Shown one piece after another: positions 22,938 through 32,905 of a stretch of DNA of 64,000 nucleotides. The stretch's first letter is position 1. Each line of letters starts with the position of its first letter. The notes beneath the pieces were generated by a model, which was given only the letters and a program-made list of their open reading frames with translations, did no database searches and had not been told where the DNA came from. This stretch comes from Prasinococcaceae sp. CCMP 1430 (taxonomy: Eukaryota; Plantae; Prasinodermophyta): NCBI GenBank assembly GCA_013416795.1, contig RQSC01000908.1:1-64000 (forward strand), given 5' to 3'. The position numbers and the translations under genes are program-made.

Positions 22938-23911
22938 GTGCGGCCGTACACGCCCGTGGCGGAGACGCCGGCGGAGGAGGGGGAGGGGGAGGACGGCGGC
23001 GGCGGCGACCGCGCGGGCAGCTTCACGCTGCTCGTGAAGCGGTACGCGGCGTGGGGCGACCCGCGGCACGCGCACTCCTACCGCCCGGCCGGCGCGGTGT
23101 CCAACCACGTCTTCGGCCTCGTGCCGGGCGTCGACAGCCTCGAGTTCAAGCACGTGCCCGGAAACGTGAAGCTGCCGTACGCGCACCCGTGCGGCGCGAG
23201 GGGCTTCCGCACGGCGGCGGGCGAGCGCGTGCGCACGATCACGATGGTGGCCGTCGGCGTGGGGGTCGCGCCCATGGCGCAGGCGCTGCGCGAGATGCTC
23301 GACGACGGCGCCGACGACGACACGCGCGTCGTGCTGCTCTACGGCAACCGCAGCGTGCGCGACATCCTGCTGCGCGACACGCTCGACGAGTGGGAAGAGC
23401 GCCACCCGGAGCGCTTCAAAGTGGTGCACCACATCGGCTCCAGATTCGGTGCGCACTCGCGCGCCGCCAAGTCGCGCCCCGCTCTCGCCCCCTCCCTCCC
23501 TCCTTCCTCGCGCGTGGGCATGCCCTCTGACCGCTCCGACCTCCCACCCACCAACACACGCCCCGTGCACACGCGCACATCCTCGCGCGCCGCGGCCGCC
23601 GCCCGGCAGGCTACAACGTCCACATGCACTTCGACGACTGCCCGAAGGACTGCGGCAAGCCGTGCAAGAGGCGCCGCGTGCCGGTCCCAGAGGGCTTCGA
23701 CACGCTGCGCGAGGACAGGCGCGAATTCAGCTGGGTAAACGAGGACACAATACGGAGGCACGCGTTCCCACCGGCGTGCGACACCAAGGTCTTCGTGTGC
23801 GGCCTCCCGTCGGTGTACGACAAGCTCTGCGGCCCGCGCGGCGCGCCGCTCGCGCAGGGCTCTGCGCTAGCCAACCTGGGCTACACGGACGACATGATCC
23901 TCAAGTTCTAG
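22938..23911 (+). CDS. NADH-cytochrome b5 reductase-like (FNR family) oxidoreductase, 5'-truncated, 2 exons visible
   Basis: Exons 22938-23448 and 23610-23911. Motifs are VRPYTP (FAD), LLVKRY, AVGVGVAP, VVLLYGNRSVRDILLR, VFVCGLP and LGYTDDMILKF. No start ATG is present. Confidence 0.85.
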
Positions 23912-24091
23912 TCGCGTACACGGCCCTTCTCGACCGCTAACAAGCCTCTCAGGCACGTAATAATTGACGGGCGCACGCACGCACGCGCAGGCATGCGCAC
24001 GCGGGCGCGCGGGGCCACGGGCGGCGCCGGCGCGTGCGACAACGGCACAGCAACAACGACAATATACATGGGCGGCGGTCGCCGTCGGGCC

Positions 24092-25961
24092 CTATTGGGC
24101 GAGCGCCTCGCGCACGCCCTTGGCCTTCTCCTTGAGAATGTCGAGCGCCTGCGACACGAGCTCGGCGGGCGTGAGCGCTCCGGTGCTCTCCACGGAGAAT
24201 ATGAAATGGTCGCGGCGCTGGCCCATGCGCACGTGCGACGCCCCGGGCTCCTCGCGCAGGCAGTTGCGGGACATCGTGCACTTGCGCGCGTCGAGCACCA
24301 CCGCACGGCGGTGGCCTTTGCCGCAGGGCTCCGTCCCGAAGAGGCCCGGATCGCCGTCCTTCACGAGCTTGTCCGCGTCCTGGCGTACGGCGCGGGCGCC
24401 GAGTCAGCACTCGCCGAAGAACGCACGCGGCCACGCGCTCGCCCAAAATCGCGCTCGCGCGCGCATGCCTCAGGGAGTGACATGGCATCCTTGCCAGCAC
24501 CGGCCATAGCGTCGGCGGGTTCATCGCTTTCGCGTCGCCGACGGCGGGAGAGGCTCATCTGAGGCCTTGTCGCTTCATCACAGGCAGCGCACCCGCACTC
24601 ATCACCAACCACACACGCGTGCACACACTCACGCCCCACCACCCTCACCGCATGTGCTCACCTCGTCTAGCACCTCCCCGACTATTTCCACTTCGGGTAG
24701 CAGCCGATAGAACGCCGTCGCCACCGGCGAGAACTTGGCGTGGTCCTTGCCCACGCCCTTGACTGCGAGCGCCTCGAGCTCGATCCCCTGCCCGGGGCGC
24801 AACTTGGCCAGCAGGATGCCATCGCTCACCGGGCCAGGCGGCCGTCCGTCAGACTCGGGGTTCTGCATGCGTCCAGCGCGGCCGTGCGCATGTGCGCGGA
24901 TTGGGGGGTGGGGCGTGCGCGCGTGTCAGCCACGCGCACGTCGCAAAGCATTTGAGGCGGCCCGTTCGGGCTTGTCGCGGACGCCGCCGACGCGGAGAGT
25001 CCGCGCACGCACCTGTATGGCACTAAATTGCGTGAAGCGCTTCAATGCAGCGACCGGCTCTCCGTTTTCGTCAAGTGGCCACATGGATCCCTCGTTCCGC
25101 CACTCGAAGTCCCCGCTGGTGACCTTCTTCGTCACGGTCGCGCCCGTCGCTTCGCCGCGAGCGGGGCGAGGGACAGACACGTCTAGCTTGAACATGATCG
25201 AGTTGTTCTCGTCGTACTTTCCCTGCGCGCACGAGACAGAGGGCGCCAGCGAGCGAGCGGAGGAGCCGAGGAAAGCGTGGCGTGTCAGCACCTGTGGTGC
25301 GGAGCCGAGCGCACAACCTCGCGCTCGCCCAAAATCGCGCTCGCGCGCGCATGCCTCAGGGAGTGACATGGCATCCTTGCCAGCACCGGCCATAGCGTCG
25401 GCGGGTTCATCGCTTTCGCGTCGCCGACGGCGGGAGAGGCTCATCTGAGGCCTTGTCGCTTCATCACAGGCAGCACGCGCGCTGGCATGCAGGCGCGGCA
25501 GCGCGCACCTTGGTTTCCACGAACTCGTAGTTGCGCGGGTCGGCGCGCAGCGGCACGAGGCCCAGCCTGTGGCTGAGGACTTCGTCGGGGATGACGCTGG
25601 TGTTGTCCTTGATGAACACGTACTCGATGGCCATGGTAGGCACCTCGGCGATGAGCACGCGGCGGAGCGCGTTCGCGAAGGACGCGTCCACGCCCACCAA
25701 GTCGAACTCCATCTCGTCTCCCTCGGCGCGCACCACGCGCACGTCCAAGTCGCGCTCGAATGCCTTCAGGTCGAGCGCATTGTCGACGCCTACTGACGCG
25801 AGCGAGCCGGCCGAGGTGAGCGGGTGGCAGCCCGTCTGGATGTCCGCGCCAACGCTCGTGGAGGTGCGCAGCCTCTCGAGGTGCGCGGGCAGCTCGTCCG
25901 CGGCCGCAGCGTCCTTGGCGGCCTTCGTGGCCGTCTTGTCGGCCTTCTTGGCACGCGCCAT
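24092..25961 (-). CDS. RPC40: RNA polymerase I/III shared subunit AC40 (RPC40/POLR1C), 4 exons
   Basis: Exons 25961-25509, 25222-25013, 24862-24662 and 24379-24092 (383 aa). Motifs are [66 protein letters not shown] and [13 protein letters not shown]. Confidence 0.93.
24466..24586 (-). ncRNA. Intronic box C/D snoRNA candidate, copy A (AC40 intron 3)
   Basis: On the minus strand it reads TGCC-T-GTGATGA (box C) ... CTGA (box D)-GGCA with a terminal stem. Inside are a GTCGGCG/CGCCGAC stem and a CGC-GAAA-GCG hairpin. It is sense to the host gene and identical to copy B. Confidence 0.7.
25352..25472 (-). ncRNA. Intronic box C/D snoRNA candidate, copy B (AC40 intron 1)
   Basis: Same 121-nt sequence as copy A, within a shared ~155-bp block (25320-25474 vs 24434-24588). 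The intron flanks differ. Confidence 0.7.
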
Positions 25962-26083
25962 CGCCGCGCCGTGCGCGCTCTGTAACCCCCTTCCGCCCAC
26001 TACTGCCACCCTCTTCCCACCCCACCCGACCCCAGACCTACCGGCCCGGCCCGGCCGCGCTCGCGCGCCCGCCCGCCCGCGCG

Positions 26084-26398
26084 NNNNNNNNNNNNNNNNN
26101 NNNNNNNNNNNNNNNNNNNNNNNNNNNNNNNNNNNNNNNNNNNNNNNNNNNNNNNNNNNNNNNNNNNNNNNNNNNNNNNNNNNNNNNNNNNNNNNNNNNN
26201 NNNNNNNNNNNNNNNNNNNNNNNNNNNNNNNNNNNNNNNNNNNNNNNNNNNNNNNNNNNNNNNNNNNNNNNNNNNNNNNNNNNNNNNNNNNNNNNNNNNN
26301 NNNNNNNNNNNNNNNNNNNNNNNNNNNNNNNNNNNNNNNNNNNNNNNNNNNNNNNNNNNNNNNNNNNNNNNNNNNNNNNNNNNNNNNNNNNNNNNNNN
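26084..26398. other. Assembly gap (N run) in the AC40/RPA1 divergent promoter
   Basis: 315 consecutive N. Confidence 0.99.
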
Positions 26399-26466
26399 GG
26401 GCGGCGCGCGAGCGGCGCGCGGGGCCGCCTCCGACCCCCCCCCCCACACAGCCGCGGCCGCGCGAG

Positions 26467-29400
26467 ATGGCGTCCTCGGTGGACGCCACGCCGTGCGAGC
26501 TCTCGTCGGTGTCCTTCGGGATGTACTCGCCGGAGGAGGTGCGCGCCATCTCCGTGACGGAGGTGGACTCGCCCATCATGTTCGACAACCTCAACAACCC
26601 GCTGCCCGGCGGCCTCTACGACCCGGCGATGGGGCCCATCGACCAGATGGGCCGCTGCGTGACGTGCGGCAACCCCCAGCGCACCTGCCCGGGCCACTTC
26701 GGCCACATCGAGCTGCCCGTGCCCGTGTACAACCCGCTGCAGTTCGACGGCCTCACCAAGCTGATGCAGGCCACGTGCGAGCACTGCCACCACTTCCGCC
26801 TCCAGCCCGCGCAGACGGCGCGCTTCGTGAGGCGCTTCGAGGCGCTCGCGCGCGGCGACGTCGTCGGCTCCCTCGACACCGTGGAGGCGGCCGCCGCGGG
26901 CGACGTCGGCTCCGACGCCGCGGGTGACGGAGACGACGACGAGAGCATGAGCGAGGGCGACTGCGACGGTGGGAGCGACGAAGCGCAGGGCAAGAAGAGG
27001 TCCGCGCACGCCCCGCGCTCAAAGCTGGTCCACGACCAGTACCTCGCGCTCGTGGGCTCCTTCCTGCGGCTGTGTGCGAGCGGCCAGAAGTGCGGCTACT
27101 GCGGCCGCTTCAACGCCAAGGTGAAGCGCGAGGGCGCGAACAAGCTCTTCGTGAAGCCGGTCTCCGAGAAACAGGCGCGCGCGAACGCCATGCTGTCAGC
27201 GAAGGGCGACACCGCCGCCCCCGCTGAGCCCGCCGAGCCCGTGAGCAAACCTGCCGACGGCTCCGAGACCCCAGACTCGGACGCCGACGGCTCGGACTCG
27301 GACGTGGATGTGCTCGTCGAGGTCGGGGCGAACTCGGACAAGCAGGACGCCGAGGAGGCTGCAACCGCCGAGGCGAAGGCGGCCGAGGCGACGAAGGTGG
27401 TCGCCGACAGCGGCACGAAGTTCCTCACCGCCGACGTGGTGAGGGACCATGTGGCCAAGGTGTGGCGCTACGACAACCGCGCGGCGCGGCACGTGTGGGG
27501 CGGCGGCGGTGGCGGGGTCAGCGGGGCCACGGGAAGCGGCGCGCACGCGTACTTCGTGGAGGCGCTGCTCGTTGCGCCTAACCGCTTCCGCCCGCCGTCG
27601 CAGATGGGCGATCTCATGTTCGAGCACCCCATGAACACGGCCCTGAAGGCCTGCCTGGAGGCCTGCCTGCGCGTGCGCGACGTCGGGCGCGCGCTGGCCG
27701 GCCAAAATGAAGGCGGCGGAGAGGATGCGAACGACGACGAGGATGGCGCTGAGGGCGCCGAGCGGCGCCCGAAACCAACCAATCAGATGTGGATTGGGTG
27801 CTGGCAGCAGCTGCAGGTCGCAGTGAGCGCCGTGCTGGACAGCGACGGCGCGGAGAGCGCGGGCGTGCGGCAGGTGCTCGAGAAGAAGGAGGGCCTCTTC
27901 CGCAAAAACATGATGGGCAAGCGCGTCAACTTTGCCGCGCGCTCGGTCATTTCGCCCGATCCCCTGATTGCGCCCAACGAGATCGGCGTGCCCGTGTACG
28001 TCGCGGAGGGCCTCACGTACCCAGAGCGGGTCGGCGCGCATAACGCAGAGTACCTGCGCGCTGCTGTCATCAATGGTCCGCGCCACTACCCTGGTGCAAC
28101 GGTCGTTGAGGACGCCAAGGGCCACACGGTCGACCTCTCGCGCCTCAGTCGCGAGCGCCGCACGAACCTCGCCAAGACACTGCTCACGGTCACGCAGGAG
28201 CGGCGAGGTGGAAGTGTCTCGACGCCGTTCGCCAAGGTGGTGCATCGCCATCTGCGCGACGGCGACATGATGCTTGTGAATAGGCAGCCGACCCTGCATC
28301 GACCCTCGCTGATGGCGCACCGTGCACGCGTGCTGCGAGGGCAGCGCACCATTCGCATGCACTACTCCAACTGCTCGTCCTACAACGCCGACTTCGACGG
28401 CGACGAGATCAACCTGCACTTGCCGCAGGACGAGCTCGCGCGTGCCGAGGCGTCGGAGGTTGTCAATGCCGACGAGCAGTACATCGTTCCGACGTCTGGC
28501 GGGCCCATCCGCGGCCTCATCCAGGACCACGTCGTCATGTCGGTCGCCCTCACACGCCGTGACACCATCCTGGACGCCGAGCGCTTCCAGATGCTGCTGT
28601 ACTACGCTTGTGGCAGCGCGCCGCCTACAGACTATGGCGATGACAGGGGAAAGGTTCGCGAAACGGAGGAAGAGCAACTTCAGATACCAGAGCCTGCTTT
28701 CCTCAAGCCGCGGCGGCTCTGGACAGGAAAGCAGCTGTTGTCCTCGGTGCTGGCACACTGCGCACGGGGGCGCGCGCCCATGAATGTTGAGGCGGGAGCC
28801 AAGCTGAGCGGCGCTCTTTGGGGGGACGCGCACGAGGGGCGCGTCGTCGTGCGCAACGGACAATTGGTTACAGGCGTGTGCGACAAGGCCATATACGGAC
28901 GTGGCGGTATTGTGCACGCCTTCCAGGAGCTGTACGGCTGTGCGGCAGCTGGGAGGCTGCTGCATGCCTTCTCTAAGCTCTTCACGAACATGCTGATGTG
29001 GAAGGGCTTCAGTTGCGGCATGGAGGATCTTAGCCTCACGCCCGAGCACGAGGATGCGCGCTCGCGCGAGCTCTTGACCAGCGTGAGCGCCGGCGAGGGT
29101 GTCGCTCGCGACATGCTTGACAAGGCTGGCAAGGCGCACATGCTCCCTCGCGTGGATCGCACCGAGGCGGGCAAGCTCAACGCACCGCTGGCGCACGCGC
29201 TCGGGGCGCACGTGCGCTCAGTCGCGTCCGCCGAGGTCGCGCTTGACATGCACATGACCGGTGCGCTCGCGCCCGTGAGCAGCGCGGCCATCAAGGCCTG
29301 CCTGCCGCACGGTGCGTCGCGGCCCTTTCCCGACAATCAGATGGCCATGATGACGTCGTCTGGCGCGAAGGGGTCAATGGTGAACTCGTCGCAGATCTCT

Positions 29401-31692
29401 GTACTGCTAGGGCAGCAGGAGCTGGAGGGGAGGCGTCCGCCGCGCATGGCGAGTGGCAAGACGCTGCCGTGCTTCGCGCGCTTCGACCCTGGCGCACGAG
29501 CGGGCGGATTCGTCGGGGACCGCTTCCTGTCTGGCCTGCGCCCCCCCGAGTACGTCTTTCACGCAATGGCCGGGCGCGAGGGTCTCGTCGACACGACCGT
29601 CAAGACGTCGCGCTCCGGCTACCTGCAGAGGTGTCTCATCAAGTGCCTCGAGGGTCTGCGTGTCTCGTACGATTATTCCGTGCGCGATCAGGACGGCAGC
29701 CTGGTCCAGTTCCGCTACGGCGAGGACGGCGTGGATCCGACCGCTTGCGCGTACCTCTCTGCGAAGCACCTTAGCTTTGTGGCGCAGAACGCGGAGGCCT
29801 ACGCGGAGGCGATCGGCCCCGATGCCACGCCGCCGAGTGCCGCTGCGGATGCGGAGGCACGCAGCAAGGTGCGCGCGGAGCGCGCGGCGGCGCGCGACAG
29901 CGCGCGCGCACCGCTGCTGGGGGAGCGGTCTCCCGCCGAGGCGCTTGGCATTACCTCGGAGGCATTTTCGTCAGGCTTGGACGACTACGTCGCGAGCAAT
30001 CCGGACGGGCTGCTCGAGGCGGAGGCGATCACCAGCAAGAAGAAGAAGAAGAAGGGCGCCAAGACCGCGGAGAGGGCGACGAGGAAGGCGCTTTCGCGCG
30101 AGGCGATGCTGGCAATCGCCGAGGCCAAGTACATGCGAAGCCTCGCACCGCCAGGAGAGGCGGTCGGCGTCATCGCGTCGCAGTCCATAGGCGAGCCATC
30201 GACGCAGATGACGCTCAACACATTCCATTTCGCCGGCCGCGGCGAGGCGAATGTCACGATGGGCATCCCGCGCCTGCGCGAGATCTTCATGAGTGCGAGC
30301 GCGTCCATCGGCCTGCCGGTGATGACCATCCCGATGCGCTCGGACGTGTCCGAGGCGGAGGCGAAGCGGGTCGCAGCGCGCCTCAGCAGGCTCGCGCTCG
30401 CGAGCGTGTGCGATGGCGTGGACGTGAGCGAGTCTTTCGAGTCGGAGGGCTTCGGCGCCTCGGTCTCGCGCATGCGGCGTTGCTCGGTGACGCTGCGGCT
30501 GCGGCCGCGGCGGCGCTGGCCGCGCGAGGCAGCGCTCTCGTGGGAGCTGATCGAGCGCGCGGTTCGTGGCGACTTTGTGCGACAGCTGCTGATGCTGGTC
30601 AAGAAGGAGCTCAAGGCGGCCGACGGCAGCGCTCGCATCGTGGCCTCGGCACGCGCTGACGCCGACGCGATGGGGACTGCAGCTGCCAACGCGGGGGGCG
30701 ACGACGCGCGAAGAAAGGAACGCGCGGCAGCGGCGAAGCGCGCGCGCAAACGCGAGCGCGACGGCGACGACGGCGATCTCGACGACGTTGACGAGGACGA
30801 GCTCGATGCGACCGAGGCCCGCGCTCGTGGTCGCGGCCGCGAGACGGCTGCGTACGACGGCCGCGACGCTGAGGACGCCGCCGCTGAGCGCGAAGCGGAG
30901 GCTGCCGCGCGCTCCCGAGCGGGCGCAGGCGGCGGCAGCAGCGATACCGAAAGCGTCGAGGAGGATGGCAACGCCCCCGAGGGTGCCAAGCGGCGTGGCA
31001 CTGGCGAGGCGGAGCTTGAGCGCCAGGCCACCGTCACTCTCGATGGGAGCGATGGTCCCTCGCCGACAGCGACTGTCACCTTTACCATTCCAGCGGAGGC
31101 CTCGCGCATCCTGTTGCTGCCGCTCGCTCAGCAGGCAGCGGTTGGCGCGGCTGTGCGCGCCACGCCGGGCATCTCGCGCGCTTTCGCGGTGGTGGGAAAG
31201 GGCGCCGACGCAGGCAGCATCAAGCTGCAGACGGACGGCGTCAACTTCTCCGCAGCTTGGCATCTGGCAGCCGTGGGCGCCGAAGTGGACGCCGTGACCT
31301 CGAACGACATCGCGGCGATGCTCCGCGTGTACGGCGTGGAAGCCGCCCGCGCGACGCTCGTGAACGAGGTCAGCGGCGTGTTCGGTGCCTACGGCATTGG
31401 CGTCGATCCGCGCCACCTGGGGCTCGTCGCGGACTACATGACGTTTGAGGGCGACTACCGCGCGTGCTCCCGCTTGGGCATCCGCTCGTGTACCTCGCCA
31501 ATGACGAAGATGTCCTTCGAGACGGCCATGACCTTCGTGCGCGATGCCGCCCTGCGCGGCGAAGAGGACACGCTTAAGTCGCCCTCCTCGCGCATTATCG
31601 TGGGCCGCCCCGTGGGCACGGGCACGGGCATGTGCTCGCTGAGGTATGACGTGGAGGCCGCTTGCGCCATGGCCACCGCTGAGGCCCGTTGA
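26467..31692 (+). CDS. RPA1: RNA polymerase I largest subunit
   Basis: Intronless, 1741 aa. It has the Zn-binding CVTCG...CPGHFGH, GLFRKNMMGKRVNFAARSVISPD, VNRQPTLH, the catalytic YNADFDGDEINLH, KTSRSGYLQRCLIK and EPSTQMTLNTFHFAG. The features fit Pol I rather than Pol II (no CTD). Confidence 0.95.
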   Translation: MASSVDATPCELSSVSFGMYSPEEVRAISVTEVDSPIMFDNLNNPLPGGLYDPAMGPIDQMGRCVTCGNPQRTCPGHFGHIELPVPVYNPLQFDGLTKLMQATCEHCHHFRLQPAQTARFVRRFEALARGDVVGSLDTVEAAAAGDVGSDAAGDGDDDESMSEGDCDGGSDEAQGKKRSAHAPRSKLVHDQYLALVGSFLRLCASGQKCGYCGRFNAKVKREGANKLFVKPVSEKQARANAMLSAKGDTAAPAEPAEPVSKPADGSETPDSDADGSDSDVDVLVEVGANSDKQDAEEAATAEAKAAEATKVVADSGTKFLTADVVRDHVAKVWRYDNRAARHVWGGGGGGVSGATGSGAHAYFVEALLVAPNRFRPPSQMGDLMFEHPMNTALKACLEACLRVRDVGRALAGQNEGGGEDANDDEDGAEGAERRPKPTNQMWIGCWQQLQVAVSAVLDSDGAESAGVRQVLEKKEGLFRKNMMGKRVNFAARSVISPDPLIAPNEIGVPVYVAEGLTYPERVGAHNAEYLRAAVINGPRHYPGATVVEDAKGHTVDLSRLSRERRTNLAKTLLTVTQERRGGSVSTPFAKVVHRHLRDGDMMLVNRQPTLHRPSLMAHRARVLRGQRTIRMHYSNCSSYNADFDGDEINLHLPQDELARAEASEVVNADEQYIVPTSGGPIRGLIQDHVVMSVALTRRDTILDAERFQMLLYYACGSAPPTDYGDDRGKVRETEEEQLQIPEPAFLKPRRLWTGKQLLSSVLAHCARGRAPMNVEAGAKLSGALWGDAHEGRVVVRNGQLVTGVCDKAIYGRGGIVHAFQELYGCAAAGRLLHAFSKLFTNMLMWKGFSCGMEDLSLTPEHEDARSRELLTSVSAGEGVARDMLDKAGKAHMLPRVDRTEAGKLNAPLAHALGAHVRSVASAEVALDMHMTGALAPVSSAAIKACLPHGASRPFPDNQMAMMTSSGAKGSMVNSSQISVLLGQQELEGRRPPRMASGKTLPCFARFDPGARAGGFVGDRFLSGLRPPEYVFHAMAGREGLVDTTVKTSRSGYLQRCLIKCLEGLRVSYDYSVRDQDGSLVQFRYGEDGVDPTACAYLSAKHLSFVAQNAEAYAEAIGPDATPPSAAADAEARSKVRAERAAARDSARAPLLGERSPAEALGITSEAFSSGLDDYVASNPDGLLEAEAITSKKKKKKGAKTAERATRKALSREAMLAIAEAKYMRSLAPPGEAVGVIASQSIGEPSTQMTLNTFHFAGRGEANVTMGIPRLREIFMSASASIGLPVMTIPMRSDVSEAEAKRVAARLSRLALASVCDGVDVSESFESEGFGASVSRMRRCSVTLRLRPRRRWPREAALSWELIERAVRGDFVRQLLMLVKKELKAADGSARIVASARADADAMGTAAANAGGDDARRKERAAAAKRARKRERDGDDGDLDDVDEDELDATEARARGRGRETAAYDGRDAEDAAAEREAEAAARSRAGAGGGSSDTESVEEDGNAPEGAKRRGTGEAELERQATVTLDGSDGPSPTATVTFTIPAEASRILLLPLAQQAAVGAAVRATPGISRAFAVVGKGADAGSIKLQTDGVNFSAAWHLAAVGAEVDAVTSNDIAAMLRVYGVEAARATLVNEVSGVFGAYGIGVDPRHLGLVADYMTFEGDYRACSRLGIRSCTSPMTKMSFETAMTFVRDAALRGEEDTLKSPSSRIIVGRPVGTGTGMCSLRYDVEAACAMATAEAR

Positions 31693-31992
31693 GGAGCAGT
31701 GCCTCGCGACCTCGCCACCATCGCGCCTCCTTTGAGCCGCGAGTGCGTGGCGGCGTTTGTAAACATAATTATCATTCGACCAGGCACGTGTGGTTGCTAC
31801 TGCGTGGCACATGCGGCGACGGAGCTTGCGTGTCGCTCGTCGATCGACGCGTGATTGCGTGTATTCGCACGGACTCTACATGACACCAGCAGCGCGCGCG
31901 AGTGTGCCTGACGGTGCCGCGGGCATGCACCGTCAAACGCGCGGTGCGGCGCCCAGCCCTTATGCAGAGAGTACATCGGCAACTTTCGCGCC

Positions 31993-32815
31993 TCAAGCAA
32001 TCAGGCGCGAGCGCTCGTCGAGCTCGGTTCTCTTTGCCTCGGCGTCCGCGCCGAGGCGTGCGGCGACGGCCGCACCGAGCACCAGGATGAAAAGCGACAA
32101 CATGCCGAGAATGGTCTTGTTTGTACAGCGCGCCCCACCATCTGGGCACGCAGTGAAGCCCTGTTTCTCCTGCACGCCCATTGCCATCGCCAGGAGGCCG
32201 CCGAAGTACGCAAAGAGCGCCACGGCGCGGTGAAAAGGCACCGCACGGGCCTTCGCCTCGGCAGTGAACCCCAGCGCGTCGCCGACGACGAACGCACCGA
32301 TGCCGTACACAGCCGCCCCGAGCGTCGCCGCCGCCGCGGCGATGCCCACCCAGCTGTGAGCAGAGTACAAGGGCGGGTGGGCCGAGGGTTCCCAGCCTGG
32401 TGCGTGTGCGCCGTGGTTGCGGAAGATGCCGATGAGGCCAACGACCGCGAACACGACCGCCAACGAGTTGAACAGCGCGTGCGCTCTCTTCGCTTTGGCG
32501 TGCGTGTACCCAGCGCCGCGTTCCCACGTCGCCCACGCCAGCACGCCCTCACTCATGGCCACAGCGTACGCGAACACCATGAAGATCAGGTGCACATTGA
32601 ACGGCGGCACCTTGACCCCCCCGTGCTCCTCGGCCAGCCCGCCCGTGCGCACGGCGAGCGCTAGCGCGCAGCCGGCCGCGCCGGCGGAGCACACGCGCGC
32701 GACGAGCGCCGCGNCAATGCAGCTGTGCCTCGACGTGCAGATCCCCGTAGCCTTCGGCGGGGTCGGCGGCGGGCGCTGTGGCCCCGCACAAGCAGCCCGC
32801 ACACGGGTCGCGCAT
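31993..32815 (-). CDS. Cytochrome b561 / ascorbate ferrireductase family protein (frame break at ambiguous base 32714)
   Basis: Heme His motifs FNVHLIFM, RAHALFN, LYSAHSWVG and PFHRAV occur with TM helices. The nearest ATG (32815) is in another frame, and the frames switch at the single N. Confidence 0.82.
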
Positions 32816-32905
32816 TATTTGGGGGCGCGGGAGCTGCGGGCGCGGCGGGCGCGCGCTCAGGCGCGGGCGCACTCTGCCTTGGCTACGTCTTCCCTTCCTC
32901 TCTAG

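Noticed and set aside
24434-25474. Repeated intron block as an Introner element, CRISPR repeat or U14 snoRNA
   Set aside because: The splice sites are not part of the repeat, there is no spacer architecture or cas gene, and the U14 domain A/B sequences are absent.
25531-26466. N-terminal extension of the 2053-aa RPA1 ORF
   Set aside because: It is antisense AC40 sequence plus the N gap. RPA1 homology starts at ATG 26467.
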